A stretch of 64,000 bases of DNA from Flavobacteriales bacterium (GCA_947444925.1 CANFBW010000002.1:64396-128395), one strand, 5' to 3'. Positions 40,966 through 52,233 are shown, counted from the stretch's first letter. Translations and numbers: made by a program. The notes: generated by a model from the letters alone, not told the origin.

Positions 40966-41018
40966 CCCTCCGCTTTTTTTTATGGCGGGATGAATATTTT
41001 TAAATAAACTGATTGGTA

Positions 41019-41378
41019 ATGAGTCAATACGAGACAATTTTTGTGATGACGCCGGTTCTTTCAGACGAACAGTTGAAAGAAACAGTGAGCGAGTATGTTA
41101 ATTTATTGAAGCAAAAGGGCGCGGAAATCGTTCACCAGGACAACTGGGGCTTAAGAAAACTAGCGTATCCTATTAAAAAGAAATCAACAGGGTTTTACCA
41201 CCTTATTGAATTCAAGGGACCAGGGTCTGTGATAGCAGAACTTGAATTAGCCTATAAAAGAGATGAACGATTATTGAGATTCCTTTCTGTGAATCTTGAC
41301 GATCATGCAGTCGCTTTCAATGATAAATTCAGAGGAAAGTCAGGAAGTAAGTCTAAAAAAGAAGAAGTAAAAGCATAA
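41019..41378 (+). CDS. rpsF: 30S ribosomal protein S6
   Basis: [24 protein letters not shown]. Confidence 0.97.
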   Translation: MSQYETIFVMTPVLSDEQLKETVSEYVNLLKQKGAEIVHQDNWGLRKLAYPIKKKSTGFYHLIEFKGPGSVIAELELAYKRDERLLRFLSVNLDDHAVAFNDKFRGKSGSKSKKEEVKA

Positions 41379-41388
41379 TTCGAAAACA

Positions 41389-41655
41389 ATGGCAGCAGAG
41401 TCAGATATCAGATATCTTACACCTCCTTCAATTGAGGTAAAAAAAGATAAATATTGCCGCTTTAAAAAAAGCAAGATCAAACATGTGGATTACAAAAATC
41501 CTGATTATTTGATGCGTTTTTTAAACGAGCAAGGTAAGGTTCTTCCAAGAAGACTTACAGGTACATCTTTGAAATTTCAAAGAAAAGTATCTCAATCTAT
41601 TAAAAGAGCGAGACAATTGGCATTGTTGCCGTTTGTTGCAGATAATTTAAAATAA
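41389..41655 (+). CDS. rpsR: 30S ribosomal protein S18
   Basis: DYK..L..F.NEQGK.LPRRLTG..QR.V...KRAR.LALLP. Confidence 0.97.
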   Translation: MAAESDIRYLTPPSIEVKKDKYCRFKKSKIKHVDYKNPDYLMRFLNEQGKVLPRRLTGTSLKFQRKVSQSIKRARQLALLPFVADNLK

Positions 41656-41663
41656 GAATTGCA

Positions 41664-42110
41664 ATGGAAGTGATCTTAAAAAAAGACATTCAGCCTCTTG
41701 GATTCCAAGATGATGTTGTTACAGTAAAGCCTGGTTATGGCAGAAATTTCTTGATTCCTCAAGGATACGCTGTTTTGGCTACAGTTTCTGCAAGAAAAGT
41801 ACATGCTGAAAACGTTAAGCAACGCGCTAAAAAAGACGAAAAAGCAAAGGCAGATGCAAATGCATTGGCTGCTAAACTTCAAGGTTTAGAAGTTAAGGTA
41901 TCAGCAAAAGCTGGCGAAAGCGGAAAAATATTTGGTTCAGTAATCAACGTACAAGTTGGTGACGCATTGAAAGCTTTGGGCGTTGAGATCGACAGAAAAA
42001 CGATCAAAATCCTTGGTGGTGGCGTTAAGACTTTGGGTTCTTATGAAGCTGAAGTGAAATTGCACCGTGAAATTACTGCGAAATTTAATTTCGAAGTTGT
42101 AGCTGGATAA
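41664..42110 (+). CDS. rplI: 50S ribosomal protein L9
   Basis: VKPGYGRNFLIPQG, GKIFGSV, LHREI. Confidence 0.97.
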   Translation: MEVILKKDIQPLGFQDDVVTVKPGYGRNFLIPQGYAVLATVSARKVHAENVKQRAKKDEKAKADANALAAKLQGLEVKVSAKAGESGKIFGSVINVQVGDALKALGVEIDRKTIKILGGGVKTLGSYEAEVKLHREITAKFNFEVVAG

Positions 42111-42128
42111 GCAAAACAAAAAACGTAG

Positions 42129-42161
42129 AAGCCCCTCGATACAAATCGAGGGGCTTTTTTT
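42129..42161 (+). terminator. Rho-independent terminator
   Basis: AAGCCCCTCGAT-ACAA-ATCGAGGGGCTTTTTTT. Confidence 0.88.
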
Positions 42162-42173
42162 ATTTTATGGGAA

Positions 42174-43190
42174 ATGAAAAATATTAAGTTCATGTTGGTC
42201 TTGCTGTTTTCGCAACAGATGTTGTCGGCGCAAGAAATAGTCATTGCAAATTGGTACAACGACAAATCGGGGGCAGTGGTGATGTCTTTTGACGATTGGT
42301 TGGAAGGGCATGAAAAAATTGTAGTTCCTGAACTCATTAAAAGAAATTTGCCTGCTACTTTTTTTGTTTCAATACAAAACGCAAAATGGCGGCGTACTTC
42401 CTACGAAGTTATGCGCGAGGCACAGGCGCATGGCTGTGAAATTGCCAATCACACGATGACGCATCCAAGTTTACCCACGCTTTCCCACGCGGCTGCTAAA
42501 ATAGAAATTGACGATGCCCGACAAACGATCATCGATTCAGTGCCCAGTGCGCAGTGCCTCACTTTTGCCTATCCTATGGGAACCAAAAATCCTGAAATCA
42601 TTGCAATGGTGCAGCGCCAGCATATTGGTGCCCGCAGTGTGGCATTGATTGACGAGCGAAATATCACTTACGACTTCGCCAGCGATAGCAGTGATTATTT
42701 CAAAATAGGAACTGTTCGCGTGTGGCACATTGTAAGTTTAGAAAAGGTGGTTCAATGGCTTGATTATACTGCAAAAGGTGGTGGTTTACTTACATTTATG
42801 TTGCATTCGGTGTACAATGAAAATATAGAAAAAGGCTGGGACGCCATGCCGCAGGAATATATATGCGCGATGATGGACACCTTGAAATCGCGTCAAGATA
42901 TATTGTGGGTATGTACTTTTGCTGCCGCTATGAAATACCACCAAGAAAAGAAACAAACGGAGATCAAATTGATCAAAGAAAAGAAAGGAGTGCGCACGTT
43001 TGCGCTCCAATCGCCTTTAGATGCAACGATTTACAATCAAGAACTTACATTAAAGATGGCGAAAACTGCTAATACAACTAAAATCAAACAGGGATTTAGA
43101 AATGTAGATTTTCAATATTCAGCCGATGGAAAATGGATATTGTTCAACGTGCTTCCGGGAAGCGGCAATTTCACCATCGACAGCAACTAA
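42174..43190 (+). CDS. Secreted polysaccharide deacetylase (CE4-like)
   Basis: Signal peptide; SFDD, EIANHTMTH, FAYP.G. Confidence 0.82.
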   Translation: MKNIKFMLVLLFSQQMLSAQEIVIANWYNDKSGAVVMSFDDWLEGHEKIVVPELIKRNLPATFFVSIQNAKWRRTSYEVMREAQAHGCEIANHTMTHPSLPTLSHAAAKIEIDDARQTIIDSVPSAQCLTFAYPMGTKNPEIIAMVQRQHIGARSVALIDERNITYDFASDSSDYFKIGTVRVWHIVSLEKVVQWLDYTAKGGGLLTFMLHSVYNENIEKGWDAMPQEYICAMMDTLKSRQDILWVCTFAAAMKYHQEKKQTEIKLIKEKKGVRTFALQSPLDATIYNQELTLKMAKTANTTKIKQGFRNVDFQYSADGKWILFNVLPGSGNFTIDSN

Positions 43191-44008
43191 GGATTGAGTA
43201 AGTTGGCGTATTGGTATTCTTCAAACAAACCAATGTCGTCGTATATCAATTGACGTATGGGTAGAAAATTGTCTTTGTCGGCGTAGAAGGTGATTTTTTT
43301 GCAGTACAAGTTTGGAATTAAAATTTCTTCGTCTTCGTCCAAGTCATCATAATCATCAACCGTTTCCTTGTTTTTCTCCAACATCATGTAATCGCTGATG
43401 TTTAAACGCGTTGCGATGGTGGTTAAGGTTTCGTCTTTTTTCACAATGTATTTAACAAATGCAAACTGCGGGAAATTGCAGCTCACAACCAAGCATTTTT
43501 TGCCTTGCCACTCTGTTTCACCATCAATAGTGCAATAGTCTTTGTATCGGTAGCCTATTTTTTGTGAATAGGTATGCATGATTTTCGCGAAGTAATTAAA
43601 ACCTATTTCGAATATAGTGTGGTGTTGCTTGTCGCGCAACAATGAACCGAATGGATCAAGTTTAAGGGTAACGTATGGAAACGCATTGGGCTTTACTGTT
43701 GCTTTGTTGTCGTTCGTTCCGGTGGCGAATAGCAGTTCTTTTCCGCCTTGAGGTCCTAAAGTTTTCAAGTACAGTTTAAAGGGATTGTTTTCGAGTTTGA
43801 TTGCACTCGATCCTTTTTCCATCACACCTTTGATGCGCTCTGATTTTGTAAAGGTGAATGACAAAACGTTATTTGCTTTTACGGCTGCTATCGTTTTTTC
43901 AATGACTTCATTTACTTTTAAATTTTCTTGCGCCAACTTGGCGCTGCTAAAAGAAAACACAGCAGAGCAGCAAATAATAAAGAGAATTATGGCGCTGTGT
44001 TTTTTCAT
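43187..44008 (-). CDS. DUF1571-like exported protein with LysM domain
   Basis: Signal peptide; KSERI.G..LDP.GSL...QHHTI...GF; YIVKKDETL..IA LysM motif. Confidence 0.72.
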   Translation of the reverse strand: MKKHSAIILFIICCSAVFSFSSAKLAQENLKVNEVIEKTIAAVKANNVLSFTFTKSERIKGVMEKGSSAIKLENNPFKLYLKTLGPQGGKELLFATGTNDNKATVKPNAFPYVTLKLDPFGSLLRDKQHHTIFEIGFNYFAKIMHTYSQKIGYRYKDYCTIDGETEWQGKKCLVVSCNFPQFAFVKYIVKKDETLTTIATRLNISDYMMLEKNKETVDDYDDLDEDEEILIPNLYCKKITFYADKDNFLPIRQLIYDDIGLFEEYQYANLLNP

Positions 44009-44049
44009 ATTTAACTTGTTCTACGGCCAATCTCTGTATTAGATACAGC

Positions 44050-44550
44050 TTATTTTTTATTTCCCTTTTCCACCGCAGCAAGTGATTCCATAACCTTTAT
44101 TTTCAAATTTTCTTTGAAAACCAGCATTCTTTGTTGCACTTCGGGATTGGAAGCGCCTATGATTTGTGTGGCCAGTATACCAGCATTTTTTGCTGCGTCA
44201 AGTGCCACTGTTGCTACTGGCACGCCATTGGGCATTTGTAAAATTGAAAGTACAGAGTCCCATCCGTCGATAGAGTTGCTTGATTTGATAGGCACCCCAA
44301 TTACCGGAAGCGGCGTTAAAGAAGCGACCATTCCAGGCAAGTGTGCAGCACCGCCCGCACCAGCAATAATAACTTTGAGTCCTCTGCCCGCAGCAGATTT
44401 TGCGTATTCAAACATACGCTCTGGCGTGCGGTGCGCAGATACTACGGTGATTTCAAATGAGATTTTCAACTCCGTTAGCACATCAGCAGCATCTTGCATG
44501 ATTCTTAAATCTGATTGGCTACCCATGATGATTCCTACTTCTGCGCTCAT
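44050..44550 (-). CDS. purE: N5-CAIR mutase
   Basis: [36 protein letters not shown]. Confidence 0.97.
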   Translation of the reverse strand: MSAEVGIIMGSQSDLRIMQDAADVLTELKISFEITVVSAHRTPERMFEYAKSAAGRGLKVIIAGAGGAAHLPGMVASLTPLPVIGVPIKSSNSIDGWDSVLSILQMPNGVPVATVALDAAKNAGILATQIIGASNPEVQQRMLVFKENLKIKVMESLAAVEKGNKK

Positions 44551-45689
44551 GCTATTACTTTTAAAGTGTCTTTAATAATTTTTGCTTTAACAATGGCTTT
44601 CTCAAGGCTTTTGTCGACTACAGTGACATGTCCCATTTTGCGAAAAGGTTTTGTTTCGGTTTTTCCATAAATGTGCACATTGACACCGTCAGTGGCCATT
44701 GCCTGCTCAATGCCTTGGTATTTGACAGCGCCCACATAATCTTTTTCGCCAAGTAAATTCACCATTACTGAAGGGATGGTGATGTCGGTATTTCCTAAGG
44801 GCATGCCCATAAGACAGCGTAGCAATTGGTCGTATTGCGAAGTTTCGTTGCCTTCAATAGTTTGATGCCCACTGTTGTGAGGGCGCGGCGCAATTTCATT
44901 CACAAGCAGTTCGCCCTCCTTGGTGATGAACATTTCCACGGCAAGTATACCCACCATATCTAGTTGCACAATGATTTTTTTTGCCAATTCCATCGCCTGT
45001 ATTTCCAGTGTTTTTGAAATTTTAGCTGGAGAAAAAAGAAATTCCACCAAATTTGCTTCGGCATTGAATTCCATTTCTACTGGTGGGTAAGCTTTCACGT
45101 CGCCATTTTGCCCACGACAGGCAATGACTGAAATTTCTTTGTGAATAGGAACCAGTTGCTCCAGGATGCAAGGACCGTCAAAAGCGTTTTCAATATCGGC
45201 TGCGCTTCTAAGTACTTGAACTCCTTTACCGTCGTATCCGCCTTTGCGCAGTTTCTGTACTAAGGGCAATTGATTTTTGAAGAGTTCTAAATCCTGTTTT
45301 CCTTCAATCAAATAGAAATCAGAAGTAGGAAAACCGTTGTTCTTGTAAAATAATTTTTGAAGTCCCTTGTCTTGCACGACTTTAATGGCGCGTGGTTGCG
45401 GAAAAACCTTAATCCCTTCTTTTTCCAATTGCTCAAGTGCTTCAACACATACATTTTCAATTTCTATCGTCACCACATCGCATTTTTTGCCGAAGTCGTG
45501 TACCAATTTAAAATTATTGAGATCACCGCGGTAAAACCAATTGCTGATTTCCCTGCAGGGTGCGTGAGTGTCAGGATCGATAAAAGCCATTTCGACGTTG
45601 TAGCTGTATGATTTTTGGAGCAACATTCTGCCCAATTGACCACCACCCAAAACGCCTATTTTTAATCCTTTATAGAAGGGTTTTTCCAT
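44547..45689 (-). CDS. purK: N5-CAIR synthase
   Basis: [32 protein letters not shown]; ATG at 45689. Confidence 0.96.
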   Translation of the reverse strand: MEKPFYKGLKIGVLGGGQLGRMLLQKSYSYNVEMAFIDPDTHAPCREISNWFYRGDLNNFKLVHDFGKKCDVVTIEIENVCVEALEQLEKEGIKVFPQPRAIKVVQDKGLQKLFYKNNGFPTSDFYLIEGKQDLELFKNQLPLVQKLRKGGYDGKGVQVLRSAADIENAFDGPCILEQLVPIHKEISVIACRGQNGDVKAYPPVEMEFNAEANLVEFLFSPAKISKTLEIQAMELAKKIIVQLDMVGILAVEMFITKEGELLVNEIAPRPHNSGHQTIEGNETSQYDQLLRCLMGMPLGNTDITIPSVMVNLLGEKDYVGAVKYQGIEQAMATDGVNVHIYGKTETKPFRKMGHVTVVDKSLEKAIVKAKIIKDTLKVIA

Positions 45690-45814
45690 GGGGTCAAAGA
45701 TAGAAAAAAGTTGTGAGTTCTTTGTTTGTCCCGTAGGGCTCTTCATTCTGTAGGGTAAAAAGCAACAATTGAGTAATTTTTGTATATTAGACACCTTGTT
45801 TTAAAATCGCTACT

Positions 45815-46393
45815 ATGTTGAACATTGTTTTATTTGGCCCTCCGGGCGCAGGAAAAGGCACGCAATCTACAAGATTGCTGGAGAAATATGGTTTGGTGCA
45901 CCTGTCTACAGGTGATATCTTGAGAGCTGAAATAAATGCCGGAACGGTGTTGGGACTTACGGCGAAGTCACTTATTGATAAAGGTGAGTTGGTGCCCGAC
46001 GAAGTGGTGATAGGCATGATTGATAATAAAATTAGCGCTAGTGCAAACAAGAACGGTTTTATTTTCGATGGATTTCCGCGCACTACACCACAAGCTAAAG
46101 CTTTGGATGAAGTATTGCAGAAAAAAAATACGGGTATCACTTGTATGTTAGCGCTTGAGGTTCCTGAACCTGAACTAATTGTTCGTTTGCTCGAAAGAGG
46201 AAAAGTGAGTGGTAGAGCTGATGACCAAGATGAAAACACGGTGATCAACAGAATTAAGGTATACAATGAGTCTACGTTGCCATTGAAAGATTTTTACAAA
46301 GCACAAGAAAAATTCGCTGCCATTCACGGTGTTGGAACGGTAGATGCTATTTTTGAATCGCTTTGCGAGGCCATTGACGGCGTTAAAGCCTAA
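45815..46393 (+). CDS. adk: Adenylate kinase (short LID)
   Basis: GPPGAGKGTQ, HLSTGD.LR, DGFPRT, GRADD. Confidence 0.96.
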   Translation: MLNIVLFGPPGAGKGTQSTRLLEKYGLVHLSTGDILRAEINAGTVLGLTAKSLIDKGELVPDEVVIGMIDNKISASANKNGFIFDGFPRTTPQAKALDEVLQKKNTGITCMLALEVPEPELIVRLLERGKVSGRADDQDENTVINRIKVYNESTLPLKDFYKAQEKFAAIHGVGTVDAIFESLCEAIDGVKA

Positions 46394-46484
46394 CGCAGTT
46401 CAAAGTTTCAGGTTCAAAGTTCGAGGGAAGCTAGGTACGGGAATGAAACATTGAACATTTAACTTTTATCATTGAACGAATAAA

Positions 46485-47468
46485 ATGGAAAACAACTTTA
46501 TAGATTACGTCAAAATTTGCTGTCGTTCGGGCGCTGGAGGTGCGGGTTGCATGCACTTTTTGCGGGATAAGATCACCGATAAAGGTGGTCCAGATGGCGG
46601 AAATGGAGGCAGAGGCGGACACATTATTTTGCGTGGCAGTCATCAGCATTGGACTTTACTCCATTTAAAATATAGAAAGCACATTATTGCCGAAAATGGC
46701 GAGCCTGGTGGTTCAAGTCATAAGTCAGGTAAAACTGGGGAAGATATTATTTTGGATGTACCTTTGGGTACCATTGTTAAGGATGCCGAAAGTGGAAATG
46801 TGGAGTGTGAAATTATTGAGGAAGGGCAAACCTATATCATTGCTCCAGGAGGTAGAGGCGGAATGGGTAATTCAAATTTCAAATCGGCAACCAACCAAAT
46901 GCCGCAACACCACCAAACAGGTGAAGAAGGAAAAGACGACTGGAAGATTTTAGAGTTGAAAGTTTTAGCCGATGTTGGCTTTGTTGGTTTTCCGAATGCA
47001 GGTAAAAGTACTTTATTGTCGGTGATCACCGCTGCAAAGCCCGAGATCGCGGACTATCCTTTTACGACTTTAGTGCCAAATTTAGGTATTGTAAAATACA
47101 AAGATTACAAATCATTTGTAGTAGCGGATATTCCTGGAATTATCGAGGGAGCGCACGAAGGGAAGGGCTTGGGTCATCGTTTTTTGCGCCACATTGAAAG
47201 AAATTCGATTTTGCTTTTTGTGATTCCTGCCGACAGCAATGACATTAAAAAAGAGTACAACATTTTGTTGAATGAGTTGGAAGAATACAATCCAGAGTTG
47301 CTCGACAAAAAAATAGTTTTAGCGATCAACAAGTCTGACATGCTCGATGATGAGCTGAAACGCGAAATCGCCAAGGACTTGCCGCGCGTGCCTTATCTTT
47401 TTGTTTCTGCGTTGAAAAAAGAAGGATTAGAGCAATTGAAAGATTTGCTCTGGAAGGAACTCAAATAG
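46485..47468 (+). CDS. obgE: Obg GTPase
   Basis: [33 protein letters not shown]. Confidence 0.97.
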   Translation: MENNFIDYVKICCRSGAGGAGCMHFLRDKITDKGGPDGGNGGRGGHIILRGSHQHWTLLHLKYRKHIIAENGEPGGSSHKSGKTGEDIILDVPLGTIVKDAESGNVECEIIEEGQTYIIAPGGRGGMGNSNFKSATNQMPQHHQTGEEGKDDWKILELKVLADVGFVGFPNAGKSTLLSVITAAKPEIADYPFTTLVPNLGIVKYKDYKSFVVADIPGIIEGAHEGKGLGHRFLRHIERNSILLFVIPADSNDIKKEYNILLNELEEYNPELLDKKIVLAINKSDMLDDELKREIAKDLPRVPYLFVSALKKEGLEQLKDLLWKELK

Positions 47469-47486
47469 AATTCATAACTTTAGCGA

Positions 47487-48062
47487 ATGGTGGAAACAGT
47501 CATTCAGTGGGATAGACAGCTGTTCAAGTGGGTCAATCAGAGTTTGTATTCTGATGCCATGGATGTGTTGATGCATTACTTGAGCGAGCGCTTGATCTGG
47601 CTACCGATTTACGTTGCGGTGATTTTTTACCTGTTTTACATATTTAGTGAAAAAGTTTGGTGGATATTGCTCGCAGTGGCCATGCTTGTGGCGTCAACCG
47701 ATGTGGTGTCCTCACATGTTATAAAAAAGTCCGTGCAACGTTATCGTCCCTGTCAAGAAAAAGCATCCCTTGGCTTTGTTGTCCGTCAATATCCAGGAGA
47801 TGGATGCAGCGAATATGGATTTGTGTCGTCACACGCGAGTAATTCTTTTGGATTGGCAGTTTTTTTTGGCCTACTTTTTTTTGACAAGAACAAATGGTGG
47901 TTATGGGGATCATTGCTTTGGGCTTCATTAATAGGCTTTAGTCGTATTTATCTTGGTGTGCATTATCCTTTAGACGTTATTGGTGGAGCGATTTTAGGTG
48001 CAAGTTTTGGTTACATTTGGTGGAGGTTTTTAGGTGTGAAATTAAAAAACGTAGAAGCATGA
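47487..48062 (+). CDS. PAP2-family phosphatase
   Basis: K...R.RP, FVSSHA, SRIYLGVHYP.D. Confidence 0.9.
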   Translation: MVETVIQWDRQLFKWVNQSLYSDAMDVLMHYLSERLIWLPIYVAVIFYLFYIFSEKVWWILLAVAMLVASTDVVSSHVIKKSVQRYRPCQEKASLGFVVRQYPGDGCSEYGFVSSHASNSFGLAVFFGLLFFDKNKWWLWGSLLWASLIGFSRIYLGVHYPLDVIGGAILGASFGYIWWRFLGVKLKNVEA

Positions 48063-48433
48063 ACTTTTTGTCGATAGTGCTGATTTTTTTGGGTGGCGGT
48101 GCAGGTAGCGTGTTGCGTTATGGCATTGGCCGAGGTGCTCAGCATTTTGTGCAATGGAATTTTCCGCTGGCGACCTTTATTGCCAATGTGGTGAGTTGCA
48201 CCGTGATGGCTTTGGTTTTGTATTATTTTAAGGAGAAACCCGCTTTCGAAACAGTATTCAAAACATTTGTGTTGATTGGCTTTTGCGGTGGCTTGAGTAC
48301 CTTTTCAACTTTTTCGTATGAGACTTTTCTTTTGCTGAAGCAAGGAGAAAAAGGCATGGCTTTTTTAAATGTTGGGTTGAGTGTGCTAATGTGTTTGTCG
48401 GTCTTTTATTTTTTTATGAAGGAGGCACGTTAG
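48059..48433 (+). CDS. crcB: Fluoride channel Fluc/CrcB
   Basis: GGGAGSVLRY, FPLATF.AN, GFCGGLSTFSTF. Confidence 0.93.
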   Translation: MNFLSIVLIFLGGGAGSVLRYGIGRGAQHFVQWNFPLATFIANVVSCTVMALVLYYFKEKPAFETVFKTFVLIGFCGGLSTFSTFSYETFLLLKQGEKGMAFLNVGLSVLMCLSVFYFFMKEAR

Positions 48434-48505
48434 CAATAGTGTAGTTTTGTTGGCGTTAAATGATTTTAGGCAAGATTATTGTTGCTGTTTTGATGAGATT
48501 GTATT

Positions 48506-50926
48506 TTGTTGAAGATTCGCTATAAATATTTAGTAATAATGTTCTTCCTTTTGGGAGTTGGTATTGTTCGTGCCCAATTGGTGGTGAATCACCAGGACGT
48601 AAATTTTCTGGTGCAAAAAGTATTGCTGTGTGACAATATTAAAGTTTCGAATGTGGTGATCAATGCGAACACCAATATGCTGGGCTACTTCAACGGTACG
48701 AAGTCGAATGTTGGTTTGAAGGAAGGATTGATTTTAAGCACGGGAAATGTGAGTCACGCCATTGGTCCAAACAATGAAGCAGGCGATCCTATTGACGTTC
48801 CGCCCGATCAGAAGAAGGGCTATGGTTTGCCCGGTGATCCTGATTTGGAAAAACTGTCGCCCCCTACGATGGATGCCGCCGTATTGGAATTTGATTTTGT
48901 GCCACTTGCCGATTCAATCTCTATTAAATATGTTTTTGCTTCTGAAGAATACCTCGAATATGTGAACAAGGGCGTTAACGATGTTTTTGGGTTTTTCCTG
49001 AGTGGGCCCGGTATTTCCGGTCCGTATGCGCGGGGAGCCGTTAATATTGCTTTGACACCCGGCACTTCTACCCCGGTGAGCGTGAATACGATCAACAAAA
49101 ATAAAAATTCAAATCTGTACATCGACAATGGCACCGGACTTCCGGGAACTGCGCAATACAATAACAATAAGGTGGTGCAGTATGATGGACTTACGCGCCC
49201 ATTGGTGGCGCGATATCCGGTGACGCCCGGGTTGACTTATCACATTAAGTTGGCTATTGCCGATGTTGGTGATGGTATTTTTGATTCTGCGGTTTTTTTG
49301 GAAGCAAACAGTTTTTTTTCAAAAAACTTCAACACGCATCAAATCGTCACTTATGAAAGTCTTTATGAAGGCTGCGACAGCGCTGTGGTGAGTTTGAAAA
49401 TGACACCTTCTAAATTTAAGATTGGTAAAATTCCTGTCCGTTTACTGGGGACTGCGCAAAATGGCATCGACTATAAAAAGTTGCCCGACTCGGTGATGAT
49501 CAACCCCATCAACGGAACAGTTTCATTCAATATCGTGCCTTTGAAAGACAATGTTGCCGATGACAATGAGTTTGTTGATATTGTATTGATTAGTTCACCC
49601 TGCAGCAGCGATACCATTCATTTTTCTATCAAAGATCTTATGCCTATTGTTGCAACCAGTTATGATACGGTATACTGCGGTCAGCAAATTAATATTACGG
49701 CGAAATACAAAGGTGGTGCCGATGCGAGTCTTTCTTGGTTGATGAATGGCAGCGATAAAAAAACCATTTCGGTGAATCCGGGCTGGAACAGTACCGATTA
49801 TTTTTACACCGTTAACGACCATTGTAAGCAAGGTCCTGTACAAGCCAAAGTGCGCGCTGTGGTGAACAACAAAAAACCAAAGGCGGGTCCCGACCAGCGC
49901 TATTGCAGTGGTCCAGATGTGATAGTGGGGGAGTTGCCCAATGCAGGTTTTTCATACAGTTGGAATCCAACAGCAGGATTGAGCAATGCTTTGGTTTCGC
50001 AGCCAACGGTTAGTCTCACCAATTCAAGTGGCACTAAAAGTGTAGTCAACTATATTGTAAAAGCCGACAATGGCATGTGTCAGGCGTACGACACTGTAGT
50101 AGTATCTGTATTGCCCAATCCATTGGCAAACATTGATCCCGTGAACATGGTGGCTTGCCCGATCTTCTATGTTAATCCTAAAGAAAATTCTCTTGTCGCT
50201 GATTCTGTCGAGTATTTTTGGTCGAGTTCAACGGGTCAAAAGAAGAGAGGAAAAAATGCGATTCTTGCTTTTCCCACGCAGGGTTTTTACAGCTTGTATT
50301 TAACGGTGACAAATTATGGCATGTGCAGTTCGCAAGACAGTGCGTCCCATAACGTTGAAATATTAACGCCGCCGGTCGCTGACTTTACTTTGAGCGATAC
50401 GGTTGTTAATATGATTACTCCCACCATTAGCATTACAGGTAATGCGCAATTGGCTGACACTTGTTTTTCTGATGTGTTGAGTCCAACAGGCGTTTTGCTG
50501 TTCGCCTCTCCTACTTGTGATTATACTTTCGATATTCCTACAGCGGGCAACAACAAGGTGGTGCAATACGTCATTGCGAAAAATGGTTGCAGAGATACCT
50601 TAGAAAAAAATATTTATGTGAAGCCCGAGTACTTTGTGTATGCACCGAATGCCTTTACGATCAATGGCGACGGTTTGAACGAAGAATTTAAGGTGTATTA
50701 TTCATGGGCGATTACCGACTTCGACTTCACGGTTTACGACAGATGGGGTCACGAGATGTATCACCAAGTGGGTGATGGCCGAGAAGTGTCATGGGATGGC
50801 CGAGCGCTCGATGGCAGCATGCAACCCATTGGTGTGTATGTGTACAAGTACACTTATTCGCGTCCGCTTCGGGGAAAGATGGTAGATAAAGTGGCGGGAT
50901 ACGGTCACATCACCTTGTTGCGATAG
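48506..50926 (+). CDS. Choice-of-anchor-L-like T9SS type-B surface protein with PKD/Ig-like domains
   Basis: GLILSTG, DAAVLEFDF, YVFASEEY, YDG.T, AIADVGD..FDSAVFLE; C-terminal PNAFT.NGDG.N..YDRWG..WDG. Start uncertain. Confidence 0.82.
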   Translation: MLKIRYKYLVIMFFLLGVGIVRAQLVVNHQDVNFLVQKVLLCDNIKVSNVVINANTNMLGYFNGTKSNVGLKEGLILSTGNVSHAIGPNNEAGDPIDVPPDQKKGYGLPGDPDLEKLSPPTMDAAVLEFDFVPLADSISIKYVFASEEYLEYVNKGVNDVFGFFLSGPGISGPYARGAVNIALTPGTSTPVSVNTINKNKNSNLYIDNGTGLPGTAQYNNNKVVQYDGLTRPLVARYPVTPGLTYHIKLAIADVGDGIFDSAVFLEANSFFSKNFNTHQIVTYESLYEGCDSAVVSLKMTPSKFKIGKIPVRLLGTAQNGIDYKKLPDSVMINPINGTVSFNIVPLKDNVADDNEFVDIVLISSPCSSDTIHFSIKDLMPIVATSYDTVYCGQQINITAKYKGGADASLSWLMNGSDKKTISVNPGWNSTDYFYTVNDHCKQGPVQAKVRAVVNNKKPKAGPDQRYCSGPDVIVGELPNAGFSYSWNPTAGLSNALVSQPTVSLTNSSGTKSVVNYIVKADNGMCQAYDTVVVSVLPNPLANIDPVNMVACPIFYVNPKENSLVADSVEYFWSSSTGQKKRGKNAILAFPTQGFYSLYLTVTNYGMCSSQDSASHNVEILTPPVADFTLSDTVVNMITPTISITGNAQLADTCFSDVLSPTGVLLFASPTCDYTFDIPTAGNNKVVQYVIAKNGCRDTLEKNIYVKPEYFVYAPNAFTINGDGLNEEFKVYYSWAITDFDFTVYDRWGHEMYHQVGDGREVSWDGRALDGSMQPIGVYVYKYTYSRPLRGKMVDKVAGYGHITLLR

Positions 50927-50977
50927 TTTGCTTATTGTGCCTACTTGTGTTAAATTCGTGATTCAAAATACAGCACT

Positions 50978-52099
50978 TTGACGATAGCCTATCTTTCTAC
51001 TTTTTATCCTTTTCGCGGCGGAATCGCGCAATTTAATGCTTCGTTCTACCGAGCTTTAGAGAAGGAGCATGTTGTTCACGCTTTTACTTTTACGCGACAA
51101 TATCCTGAGTTTCTATTTCCGGGAAAAACGCAAATGGTGGAGGAGAAAGACAATGCCGATAAAATTCCTGCTGAGCGTTTGCTGGATACCGTGAATCCTT
51201 TTACCGGAAGTATCACTGCCAAGGCCATCAATAAAACAGAACCCGATATTTTATTGATGAAATATTGGATGCCTTTTTTTGCGCCATCGCTAGGGGCTGT
51301 GGCTGCCAAGATGAATTCAAATACCAAGACGATTGCGATTTTAGACAACGTGCTTCCACATGAAAAGCACTTTTACGATATTCCACTCACCAAGTATTTT
51401 TTAAATCAGTGCGATGGTTTTGTAGTGATGAGCGATGCCGTGAAAAAAGATTTACTGAGCTTGAAGCCTGATGCTAAATTTATTTTGCACCAACATCCTT
51501 TCTACGATCATTTCGGACCCATCGAGGACAGCGCTGCTGCACGTGCAAAACTGAGCATTGCAGTGGATCAAAAGGTGCTTTTGTTTTTTGGATTTATTCG
51601 CGGTTACAAAGGCTTGGATATTTTGTTGGAAGCCTTTAAAAATGCGGGTAACGACTATACCTTGCTCATTGCCGGAGAACCCTACGAAGATTTTGAAAAA
51701 TACCAACCTGCCATCGACGCTTTGAAAGCTGCAGGAAAGAATGTTGTTGACCACATTCGCTACATTGAAGACCACGAGGTGCCCACCTTATTTTCTGCTT
51801 CCGATGTGTGCGTGCTGCCCTACAAAAGCGCGACCCAAAGCGGTATCGCTTCTATCGCCATGCATTTTGAGTTGCCGATGATTGTCACCAATGTGGGCGG
51901 TTTGCCGGAGGAAGTGGACAATGGAAAAACGGGAATGATTGCCACTGAGGTGTCTGCGCCTGCTGTATGGCAAGCCATTGACGCATACTTTAAAAATAAT
52001 TTAAAGTCGACTTTTCAGCAAAACATTGCTGCCACTAAGCAGCAGCGCTCTTGGAAAAATTTGGCGGAGGCAGTGGTTGCTTTTTCAAAAACGATTTAG
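50978..52099 (+). CDS. Glycosyltransferase family 4
   Basis: PFRGGIAQF, FFGFIRGYKGLD, PYKSATQSG. Confidence 0.9.
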   Translation: MTIAYLSTFYPFRGGIAQFNASFYRALEKEHVVHAFTFTRQYPEFLFPGKTQMVEEKDNADKIPAERLLDTVNPFTGSITAKAINKTEPDILLMKYWMPFFAPSLGAVAAKMNSNTKTIAILDNVLPHEKHFYDIPLTKYFLNQCDGFVVMSDAVKKDLLSLKPDAKFILHQHPFYDHFGPIEDSAAARAKLSIAVDQKVLLFFGFIRGYKGLDILLEAFKNAGNDYTLLIAGEPYEDFEKYQPAIDALKAAGKNVVDHIRYIEDHEVPTLFSASDVCVLPYKSATQSGIASIAMHFELPMIVTNVGGLPEEVDNGKTGMIATEVSAPAVWQAIDAYFKNNLKSTFQQNIAATKQQRSWKNLAEAVVAFSKTI

Positions 52100-52233
52100 T
52101 GCTCGTCGCCACTTGCTTGCACGGCCAATGTTTATGCAGGATAGTGTGGTCTGCGGAAATCTATCTGCAATAAATTTCGAACACCTTCTTTTTTATCGAA
52201 TACAATAGTTATTTTTGGACCTTTCTGAAAAAT

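Noticed and set aside
48000-48058. Fluoride riboswitch before crcB
   Set aside because: crcB overlaps the PAP2 stop codon, so there is no leader to hold one.
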